Shown here in pieces: positions 48,301-60,300 of a DNA stretch of 64,000 bases. The translations under genes were made by a program, and so were the position numbers. The notes below the pieces were generated by a model. It searched no databases. It worked only from the letters and a program-made list of their open reading frames with translations, and had not been told where the DNA came from. The first letter of the stretch is position 1. The number at the start of each line of letters is the position of its first letter. The stretch is from Thalia democratica (Eukaryota): positions 32,302,001 to 32,366,000 of the forward strand of contig OZ241833.1 in NCBI GenBank assembly GCA_965202585.1, given 5' to 3'.

Positions 48301-51300
48301 ACAGAATAAACTTGATGGAAATTAATTTTACAACAAAAAAAAACTCTAATTTAAATTATATTATATAAAAATTTATTTTGAATTTCCAGATTAAATTGGC
48401 TAATCGCTTCAAAATTTCAGATCGAGATATTTTTTTTTCTAATTTTGTTTTTTAATCAACTTGAAACAACACGTGCAGGTGCGAAGGGGGAAGATTCGGG
48501 TACAAGTGCCTGTACACGTGCGACGATTGCGTGCACGGATCTTGCGGGGACGATGAGGCGGTGTGCATATGCGACCCCGGGTTCAGCGGCGTCACCTGCG
48601 ATACCCGTTAGTTCTGATGCTTATTATGAGAATGAAAAAACTATTCGGGCTAGTAGAGTATTTTTTGTTGTTGTTCTACTAAGTAAACATTTAATTTTTT
48701 TACGAAGTGTGTACGTACAATAGTTTTTAATTAAAAAATTAGATACTTGATTCGCAACAATCTAAATAAAATTCAACTCTGGCACTAGTTTACATCGCTA
48801 AACTTAGATTTTTAAGCTTTTTTTAATTAACAATCCAATTTCAAATAAAAAATTCTTCACAGCATGCGCGGAAGGCAGGTTCGGCCCGAACTGTCAGCAC
48901 GAGTGCGAATGCCAGAATGAGGGCAAGTGCAACCCGAAGAATGGCGAGTGTCAGTGCCCGCCCGGCATTTCCGGTGAAAGGTGCGAAAACGGTGAGTTGT
49001 TGGAAAAAATAAATGTTTTTATACACTGTAACCAGCCAGTATGTTTGAAGTTGTAAAAGTGTTAGAAAATTACTAGAACGGAGTTTTTTGGTTATTATTT
49101 ATGTAATCAATGTGACGTAACAATTGAATTTTACTTTTGAACTTCAAAGTAGCTCTTTTTCCCTAGAACATAATTTTATTAAAAACTAAATCTTAAAATC
49201 ATAAAAATTTTAGTGTGTAAATTAGTATTCACGAAGTTCACTACGTATCTATATTAAAACTACATTTCAATCAATATGTAGGAATTAATATTTTCAAACA
49301 TCATAAAATTCAAAACTTGTGATAAAATTTAGCCTATTAAATGTTAACGGACGTTAGCGTTTAGCAACACTTAATCAAGTAACTATAAAATGCATGTTAT
49401 TTAAATCATTATTTTTACAATTTTAAATTAATACTTGGTAGCTGTTGCATTCAATACAAAGCTTAAACTTTAATAAATCAAAACCACTTCGCTAAATAGC
49501 ACAAAGTCAGCTGAGCGAAGAGATTATTTAAACACTCAAAAGGTATTTAAATCTATAGCTGTCAAACCATCCTTTGCCTGTTTGAGCCCCAAATGAGATT
49601 TCATGACAGGCAGAGGCGTTGAAAGATATTTCAAGTTAAATCTATACATATATATATATATATATATACATTTTTAAATTTAACGCGCTTTTAAATCACA
49701 ATTGTTTGTCACACTTCGACGTGTTATTCTAAACAAATCAAGTTAAACGGTTTAAACTTAAACTGTTTTGGTCTAAAAATACTTTTTTGTATATTGGAAG
49801 CAAGGTGTGTTGGAATTTTCTTCTTTTGTGAAACTTTATGAATGATTTTACTGCCGACAGATTATTTAAACTATTCCATACACGTGATTGAAAAAGAACA
49901 AAACGTTTAGTTTAATGTAGATGCTTTTCTTAGTCAAGCATAAAGTTTTAATTCAATCTACAAAACTGCAATAACAACAACTTTTTCAACCAAATGTTTT
50001 ATGAATAAAAATTCAATAAGTTAAATAAACCAAAATCATTCAAATATCCTTAATAGTAAACTCAAATATACAATAAAAGTACAAATACAAAGCAACACCT
50101 GCTTTTCTATTTATCAAAGGTAGAAATTCAACAATTAAAACAACATTTAACCAACTTAACTTGAACACTTTGATCAATCTGTACTATCAGACCTGATAAA
50201 AAAACTTTTATTTAATAGGTTGTCCGAAGGGAAAGTTTGGGCGAAAGTGCGAGAGGACTTGCAGGTGCAGGGGAGCCAGGTGCCACCCCACATTCGGTAC
50301 TTGCTACTGCGACGCGGGCAGGTACGGTAGGAGGTGCCAGAGAGGTGAGTAAACAAATTAAATATTAACACAAAAAGTATTAGATATAAAAAACAAAACT
50401 GTACGGTTTTTCTTTTTGAGAGAGATAAATTTATTTTTATTTTCCAAAGAGGTGAGTTAATAAATAGTAACAGTATTTAAGTATTAATATGAAAAAAATA
50501 AAAAATAAAAAAGAGTACTAAAATATTAACGAGATGACAAATTTCATTTTTGAGAACTTTTACAAAAATATTGATATCAAGTTGAAATTTGTTATAACGG
50601 TTTGTTAATGAATCAATGATGTCTCACAACAATAACTTATAAACAACCTCTCGGAATTTTAAATCAATATAGTTCAAAATATAAGACGTATTTAAAACTA
50701 TCACCTACTTAGTTTTTGTTATGATTGACTACTATTCATCATTAAAAACAGTTTGTTTCACAAACACTAAAATATATCAAAACAAGCTGTACTCTTACAG
50801 TAACTATGTTAAACCGAAAACTTATAAGTATCCATGCACCAACGAAGTTCAGTTTGTTTAATGTATCTAGTTTATCATATTATTATTACGTTAGTATAGG
50901 CATGAATGTTGCTTCGAATAGCTGAAGATATTCTAAGTATTTCGTTGTTATTGTTGATACAAAAGGCCTTAATTGCAGGCGTATGACGATGAATTAAAGT
51001 ATTTCCTTTCAACAAACAAACCCAATTTGAACTTCAAATTAGTGTCACGCTTTTCAAACTTAACTGACGGTTTCACTTAAAATTCGCTTAAGCAAAACAA
51101 AACGGGGCATTTTTTGCTGAAAAGTCATTAAGTGGGCGCATGAGTATTGCACTCAACTATTCGCATGACACATGATACGAAAGATAATTGCAGTGAGTAA
51201 GAAACGGTAAAAGAAAGTACAACTAAACGTTTTTTTTTTCAAAATAATAAAATTTAAACCTACACTACTTTTTGCTTGTCAGTCAGTATTCGTTTGCTTG

Positions 51301-54300
51301 ATTACTTACCGTTGCAGATTTGATTGAAAATTTTTTGAACAACGTTTGTTATTATTTATAAAATCTAAAAAGGCTTCTTTTTGAACTGCTTTTAGCTACG
51401 ATAATTTTAGCTACTTTTTATATATATCAATTGTAGCTTCTACACTACCTTGAACCATACTGTATTTATCCGGTTTAGTTAAAGTAAGTTTGTAATTAAA
51501 TTTTTAGCTTAAGTTCATTCAACCATAAAATAATTTCCTACACCTGAGTTATACTTTATTTTAATTTAAATCCTTTTATATGATTAACTCTACAATTTAA
51601 CCTACCGCGCTTTGGTTTACTTGAATTTCCTCAAGAAAACGAGTACTGTATATTCTACCATTTATAAATTTTTTTTCACCACCAGACTGTCCACGGTAAA
51701 ACTAATTATCAATTTTGACAATTTAAGAGCTAAATATATTCGTAGCTTGACTTAAAAACTAAAAAAAGTATATTTTAAACAATAATATTTTTAAACTAAT
51801 TTTGAGTTAATAATATGAGGACAATAATCAACAAAATCGCTACTTATTTGCATTGAGTTATGGTTTTATACCACGTCATCTAAACATCTTATTTGTTTAT
51901 TTTTTACCTCATACATATAGTCCAATATGGACGCACGGACCTCATATACTTGTACCATATCTAGATTCTAACTTTACAATTCCTCTTATTCATGTTTTTT
52001 ACAACTAAACAAACTTCCCAAGATGAAATACCTTTAAAAATAGCTCCTAATCAAGTACAGTTGTACAAACACTATACTGCAAATCTCAACATATATATTT
52101 CAGACTGTCCGCGATGGACGCACGGAGTGGGGTGCCAGGAGGAGTGCGCGTGCGAGAAGAAGAACACGATGAGCTGCAACAAGAAGAATGGGGTGTGCAA
52201 GTGCAAGGCGGGATTCACCGGGCCCACGTGCTCGTCCGGTATGTTTTGTTGAGATCTTTATAAATATTTAAAACCTTGTTTTTGTTATTTTGCGAAGCCG
52301 TCTAGTATGTTTTTTCAATTGTAAAATAATAATGTAATTTTAAAGCGCAAGGCTGGATTCAGCCTAATTAAATGCTCGTCGAATTTGTTTTTAAAATTTT
52401 TAAATAATAAAGTAAATTCAAAGTTTAAAGGGTTGTCAGGTAAAAAGTATGTTATATTTTGTAGTCTGAGGTTTTATCAACCCTAAACAGCATCTTCTGG
52501 GGAAAAAAAGCAAGATATAGCTATTAAACTTAAAAAAATAGTTTTTTATTTTGTTTCAATATATGTATAATTGACCCACGTACTCATAAGGTAGATTTTG
52601 CAAAAAAAAAATTAGTCTAGGTTTTAGCTATGGGTTGTTAACTTTTTCAAGTTTTTATATTTCAGTTTATTTTCATCTTTCAAAGTTAATAGCTTCTTTT
52701 TAAATTGAGTTATAAAAAGATTTTTACTAAAGTTTCTTATGCAAAAATTACCAATAAGACTTGAGCAATATATAAACTGTTTGCAGACGCAGGTGATAAA
52801 ATTTACATTTTAGAAAGTATTCAGCTAAGATCAGCTTCAGAGCAATACTGAATAGTAAGCTGCTAAAAGTCATGAGACAAAATAAACACCATAAAAGTTA
52901 AAACTTAACACACTTATTTGTGCACGTGCATCGTAAAAAGCAACAGTCGTAATAAAAATGCAAATTGAAAGCTTATTTTTCATATTATTCATCGCCACAG
53001 TGTGTTTTTTTTGGAAGTCTCATCTCGAATGTTTGCTTTGGTAAACAATTATGGGATTAGCAAAGCAAGCATGGGTTACCAGGCGTCAATGCAAACACGA
53101 AATAATAAAACACTTTTTTATTTTTACGACTTATTTGCGCAAACTCTTAAGTTTACAGCCAACAGGTGCGCTGTGTTTTTCCCATTAACCTTGCAAACTC
53201 ATGTGGGAAAATGGTTAACGACCGTTTTGCTCGTTTGAAAGCACAAACAGCGGTCGTCACGCGTCGCTGGCTTTCATAGTAACGGTTGCCATGGCAACGG
53301 TAGCAGTAGCGTGGGTTGCTAATCAATTAATTCAATTTGTTAAGCACACTCTATTCGAATGCTTCCTGCTAACTATGCCATGAGCTTAATTGAGTTTTTT
53401 TTAAGCCGGTCGGCTTCCGTTTCTGTAATTATATTATAATGCTGGCACGAGACTCGGATGAGACTGTGTCTAATTCTCGTTTTTTTGCAGAAATTTTTTA
53501 TTGTTTTTCTCAAGAATCTGTTAATTCTTTCTTTTAAATGAGTAAGAAATTAGGATTTTATTCCAACTGATACTTAATTGTTATTTTCATCAACATTTTT
53601 ATAACGTAAACCACTCCACAACATTCATTTTAAGTTTTATCCTTTGTGCAAGTGAAATTGAGACACAATTTTACCTGATACAAATTCATCAAACAGAGTG
53701 CGCGCAGGGATCGTACGGATACAAGTGCGGCAAGAAGTGCAGATGCGAGGAAGGAGTGGACTGCGATCACATCACGGGAGCGTGCCAGAGGGACTGCCCC
53801 GCCGGGTTCCGCGGGGAAAACTGCACTGACGGTAATTAATCTTAAATTTAACTTTTTAATGTTTTACTTAAGAGTTGCTCGTTGGAAAACATGTAAAAAT
53901 ATGTTTATTTTTCTGGAGCATTTTGGGATAAGTTTAATTTTTTTAGTCATATTTGGTTTGTTGATTATTAAAAAAAAACTTTATGTATTTTTTAACAGTT
54001 TTTTATTGATCCGCCCTAAAATTAGTAAAGGTTGACCTGAAACTTAATCAAGCAATTAAGTTTAGTTCTTAAATATATTAATCACTTTACTGTACTGCTC
54101 AACATTTATAGAAACATGAACTTAAAATAGTTTCAGTTAAGGTTTTTTTACTTAGTTAAATTGTTATATTATTAAAAAATTTCTTCAGTGGTAAACTAAA
54201 AACTAATGCTAAGTTTACACTATTACGTATTTCATTTCATTTTTTTATTGATCTGCCCTAAATTTAGTTAAGGTTGCCCTAAAACTTAATTAAGTATTTA

Positions 54301-57300
54301 AAATTACCGCAAAGTTTCTAGTTTCAAAATTTTCGAAGCAAAAAGTTTTAATCAAAAAAAGTTTTCTTTTTGTGTGGCCAAAGGACTTTGTTTGTGTGAA
54401 AAACAAGCAAAATGCCGTGACTAACAACAAAACGAGAAGTTTTTGTTCAGCTACATCAAGTAAAAACTATTTGAGTCACTTTACCTTACAAGCATAAAAT
54501 CAAAAATGAACTGAAGCAACAAGAACCTTTTAACCTTTGCTAATTGGCGCAATTAACTCTGAACCAGTCATACAGTTGTGACGTCATAATTCTTCTGACA
54601 GTTTGCACTGCGGGCACGTGGGGAGTCTCATGTTTGGAGGTTTGCAGCTGCGCGGACAGCTCACTGTGCGACCGGATAACCGGGGAGTGCCAGTGCGGAC
54701 CAGGAAAGACCGGACCCACATGCGAAGAAGGTAAATTCATATATTGAAATAATATTTGTGTGTTTTTGTGCAAAAGAGCAGCTGTCTGTTTTTGTTTTTA
54801 AAGTAAACAGCAAGTGAAAATTTAAAAACGTGAATTGAACTTAAGAGAAAGTAATTTTGTCAAAAATATGTATAAAAATTTAAAAAAACTAAGATTGCTA
54901 GTAGTAAACAGCAGCATGAACAACTATTTAAACATTTATTTTTTCAAACTCACTTATCCAAACAGACTGTCCGGATAACACGTGGGGACTGAAGTGCAAG
55001 AAAACATGTAGTTGTTCGAACGGGGGAACTTGTAATAAGAAGAGTGGGGAATGTGAGTGTAAACCAGGATTCGTCGGTGATACTTGCCAATACGGTGAGA
55101 TAATGAAAAAAAAACATTGTTTTTTAAGCTAGCTTATGTAGTTTTGTAAAGATAATTACTAGTTAAGTAAAGACATATATAGTTACATAACTTAATATAA
55201 ATACACAACAATCTAACTCTGCATTTTATAAAATTAAAGTAAAATTTTTCGTTAAATTGAGTTGTATAGTTCATCTAAACAAACAAGTCTACTTTTTAAA
55301 ACTTTCATAAATGATACACAACTACGAACTGTTTTCTTAGTTTACGACGTTGTTTAATTTTTTGCTTTAAAATTAAAGCTCACAGCATCAGGCGTTTGAG
55401 AAAATAATTCAAGTGTCGGTGCTAAACTTGGCACATTATTAAAATATCACACAACCGATTCATCATTGTTGTTGGCGCGATGAAACTTCTTAATAGCATC
55501 CGGCGTTTGTGGGCACAATTTTGAGTGATAAATGTATATCATATACAAATAATTTACACATATACATCGTAGCGTGCCAACGTAATAATCTCCCAGCTTC
55601 CAGCAGGTGAACAAACTCTTATCAACACGAAACATCTTGATATCTGAGAGGTGTCTAGACTTTGAACGGTATTTCTTTCTTAAGTGTGATAAGAGTGATT
55701 AAAGTGTCAGCCTGCTTGTTATAAGATTTTAAGAATGCGATTTATTTTCAATAAATATTTTTAATAATTAAAAAAAATTTTAAAGCCATTTTAACTGTTC
55801 TTAAACTCTTTTTTAGTACGTATCACGTTTTATGGCTTTTTTAATTTTTATTTAACTTTAAAACCTCCGGTTGTTCTACTTCTCCAATAAAAGTCAAATA
55901 CTTGGTTTTTATATTTGTAGAATTTTGCATGTTTTGATAAATAAACAATCAAAGTAATTCTCCGTTGTTTAAACATTTCATGCCGTGTTTAAATGTGGTT
56001 AGCACGAAAAACTTGGAAAAATTAGATATTTTAAACAAGAATTTATTTGTTTTTCTAGTTCTGTACCTTGTTGATTTTTATAAACAAACTACTTTTTGCA
56101 GTTTTTTACTGTAAGTTGTAAATGTGTTTGTATAATAAGGTTTCAACGAAAATTAAAAATAATATTTTAAATATTTAGCATTTAAACTAAATCAAGTTCA
56201 AACACTAGACTTACTTAAAGTGTCGGTGCTAAACTTGGCACATTTTTAAAATATCACACAACCGATTCATGATTGTTGTTGGCGCGATGAAACTTCCTAA
56301 TAGCATCCAGCGTTTGTGGGGACACTTTAAAAACTAAACAGATTTGAGAGAATACTAATTTATATAAAGCGTTTTTTCTAATAATTTGATCATCGATGTA
56401 ATATTTATTTTTGCTATTTGCTTAAAGTAGTAGTTTTCTTGTAGCTGTCGTCATCAAACAGCTAAGGAGAAACTTATAGTTGCTTAAACTTGTCGCAATA
56501 TGACTGAACTATTATGACGCAGTTGCTTTTAAACATCTAATTAGAGTACAAAACTTTATTTCAACTGAATTAATTATTAAGACTTTATATACTAAAAATT
56601 AATCGAAAACTATTTTAAAACCACATGTTGCCTTCTGTACCTAATAAAAAATATTTTCCTCAGAATGTCCGGAGCAGAGGTGGGGATTCCAGTGCAGGAA
56701 CCGGTGCAACTGCGGAAAGGGGGATTGCGACTCCGTGGACGGATCCTGCAAGTGTCAGACCGGATACGCCGGAAGAAACTGCCAGAAAAGTAAGACAAGT
56801 TGAAATTACAAACTTGGAATAATTTTAAAGGGTCTTTTAAATATGTAGCTTCTATTAAAAAAAAAAATTATAACTTTTTTTAAAAAAAGAAGTTATCAAA
56901 TTTAATTACTGATAACAATTATTAGTTTTCTCGTCATTTTGCAATGCATATTTTATTTACAACTTTCAAACTTACTTTGAAATTACCTTACAGTAAAAAA
57001 TAAACCATATAAAATAGTTTGTAGTTTACATTTTTAAAGGTTACATTTTGTCAACTTGTTTATAGTAATTTAGGCCTTATTGTCAAACTTTCATTGTTGA
57101 AGTTTTCAAACTTTAAACTTGTTGTCAAATCATGACAGCTAACATCTAATGTTTCAAAGGAATGCGCTTTAAAAGTTCAGAAAGTGATTTTTCATATAAA
57201 TGTTAAAAATAAACTTTTAACTCTCAAATTCACCTTTAGCTTACGGTGAAAACCTTGTTTTGAAAGCAATTGATCAAAATTTGCACAACAAACACTACAA

Positions 57301-60300
57301 CTTTCTACTGCGATTTTTACAGACAACAGCTGCGGCGTCAGAAACAGTTTGTCAACCTTCAAAAAAAATCTTTTATCTCACGTTTCCACATTTGTGTGTG
57401 GAAACCAGCAGATTTTTTGATAACCGCTCACAAGTTATTTTAATTCGTCTTCATCAAAAATTAAATAGATTTATTGAATTTGAACTGCCGTTTGTTGTGG
57501 TGACTCCGCGATTGTTGCGCCTTTTTTTATATTAATTTGAACTGGAACCTTTGATCTTTCTTAAATAAATCACAAGTCACACCATGTTGACAACTTATAC
57601 AGCTTTATTGGTAATTTATCAGAATTAAAATCTGGTATTAAGTAATTTATATTAAAATATAACTTAAGATAATCTAGTTAAAAGAATTTTATTATATTAG
57701 ATTGATAGATAATACGAGCTTTAATCTTTTCCAAATAAAAATTTGCTTGAAAAGCAATAAACAGATAAAATTGCCAATTATGTATTGTATGCGGTAAAAA
57801 AAATTACATCACCAATAATATATTGTATCATACAATATCCTTTCTCAAATTTTATTTATGGTTTGATTATACAATAGCTCATATTTAGAGTTGATCTCAA
57901 AAGAATATTTTAATTAACATGAATAAAAAAAAAATGATTTATAATAATATTACCGTACTATAAGGAGTAAAAAGTTTAACAACTTACAATTAATAATAAA
58001 CATTTTAGTACTAATTTTATTCCTTCCAGGATGCAATTTGCAACAAATATTTTTCATCATCATTTTTTTTCCAGCATGCGGATTGGGTTTCTATGGGGAC
58101 AGTTGCGCCCACAGGTGCGATTGTGAGAACGGTGAACCCTGCGACCCGGTTACCGGGGAGTGCAATTGCGCCTCCGGGTGGCGAGGAAAGAGATGCGACC
58201 TCAGTAAGAGTTTTTTGTTATAGTTATTTATAGATATTTTTCATCAACTTTTTGTTAATTTTATTCTAAACAATTAGTAGCAAAGTTACATGATAAACTG
58301 TAATGACTATTTTGTTAAGTTCTACTTTTTGTCAAATCAAATTATTATACTTGTTGAATTTAAGAAATCTTACTAAAATATTATCTATTATTAAAATTAT
58401 ATGTATCGTTTTAAATGTAATTGCTTTTTAAGTGATTTAAAGTTTATTTAAGTCTTTCAATAACATGTTACAATTCATTTACAATTTTTGTAGTTAAACC
58501 GCCATATATTTTTTCATATATCTAAGTTTACACCAACCAAATTATTTCCTCACAGAATGCGAGTCGGGAATGTACGGACCGCAGTGTCAGCAGGAATGTT
58601 TGTGTCAGAACGGAGCACTTTGTGACCACGTTAGTGGGGCTTGCACCTGCTCCGATGGGTGGAGATCCACTTTCTGTGATAAGCGTGAGTTGAAACAAAA
58701 ATGCTCAATTTTATAAGTAACTAGATATTAATTTTGCTTTATAGTGTATGATAAAGTATTAGTTGCTAACATGTTAGGAAATATTTAAGATAGTAAATAC
58801 TATAAAAAAATTTCAGCATGTTTTTACTGGCTATTTTGAAAATACTGTATCATGTGTTTTTGTAAAGGTCACTGTTGTGTTTTGAAAACATTATGAGAAA
58901 TAAGTCTTGTAACATCAAACAGCTTTGGATTTGAACAAAATTTAAAGGTTATTCCTGTTTTCTTTTAACAAGTGCAGCTTTAGAACAACTTTATTATCAT
59001 TATCCCTAGCTTAAAAACTTAAACTTACATAAATTATGAACTGGCTTGTTTTTGACTATTTTCTCTGGCCAAATAACTTCGACTTCGTTAACTGGCTTTT
59101 ACTTTCCTTCAAAATTATTTTCAAACCACACTTAACAAGTTTATTTAAACAAAGCTGATTGATTGCGGTCTGCTTTCAGCATAATCTGGCGCGAAGGCAC
59201 TTAAATTAAAGGTACTTCTAATTAAACCTTTAATAAAACGAACGGTAAGCAGCTGTTGTAAATTAAACTAATTTTTAATTTCAAACACTGGTGGTCTATG
59301 AGCCGCGCCATACTTTTTCAATTAATCAGAATTTAATTGCCACATTACATAGGAGCGACTGGGCAACGAAAAATTGGTCAAATCGGATCTCGTTAAGCGT
59401 AAAATTCCGGTAATTACATTCTTTTTGAGTAATTTGGATGATTTCACCGTCGTTTGAAATTAAATCACTTTTGGGTATGTGTTTATACACAAATAACCGT
59501 ACTTACTTTACTGCGAGACACAACATTGCTTCTCAAACAAAGCTTATTGTTCAGCTAAATGTTTTAAGTATCCAGCTTAGCTTAGATGAACTTTAATTTG
59601 TAAGTTATGAGTTTAGAAATTAATTTTAATTTCACAAGCAAAACAGACTTATCTTGTCGAATTGAATATACCGATGTTTTTAAAGAAAACTTATCTTGAT
59701 TAATCAGACAAAATATTACTAAGTGATCACTATCACTTGAAAAGCAATTATTAGCGTTAAAAGCACTAAATCATGTCACATCAAGACTTTACATAAATTA
59801 AATCAAGTTCGATGTGGATAATCGTCCAATCTCTTGATACGCTTTTGCGAGGTTCAAAACAAAAGATCTTTCCTATTCAGATAAAAAATTTGCCACGGTC
59901 AAATCAATTTCGTTGTCTTGTTGTTCGTTTGTCGACGGAAAAAAACGATTTTTTTTTCTTTTTATGTCCGATTTTAATACAAGACTTCCCATTCATTTGA
60001 AATAAGCTCGTTTTGTGGCGAAATTCTTGTCAAGTAAAAGTTATTTTGTTCCAGTTCTCAGAAAAATATTATTTTTTTGTTATATCTGAGCGTGTTAGTA
60101 TTTGTTTCCGTAGTAATGAACTTTCTTTGTTAAAATTGAAATTTATAATTGAGAAGTTTATATAAGTTCAAACTAAGTTGCATTAAACTAAAATGATTCA
60201 CTGTCACAAAAAATACTTAATACTCCTCCTACTCTCTATTAGTCATAATTTATATCTGAAACAATATTTATTTATTATCAAACTAAAATTTTCTAGCGTT

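Noticed and set aside
49649-49669. (TA)n and (CA)n microsatellites (also about 16209 and 28358)
   Set aside because: Short and ordinary for an AT-rich genome.
55488-56323. Minus-strand VPTNAGCY* frame in which three repeat differences are synonymous
   Set aside because: Only three sites are involved, which is plausible by chance, and the first copy lacks an acceptor or a meaningful upstream frame.
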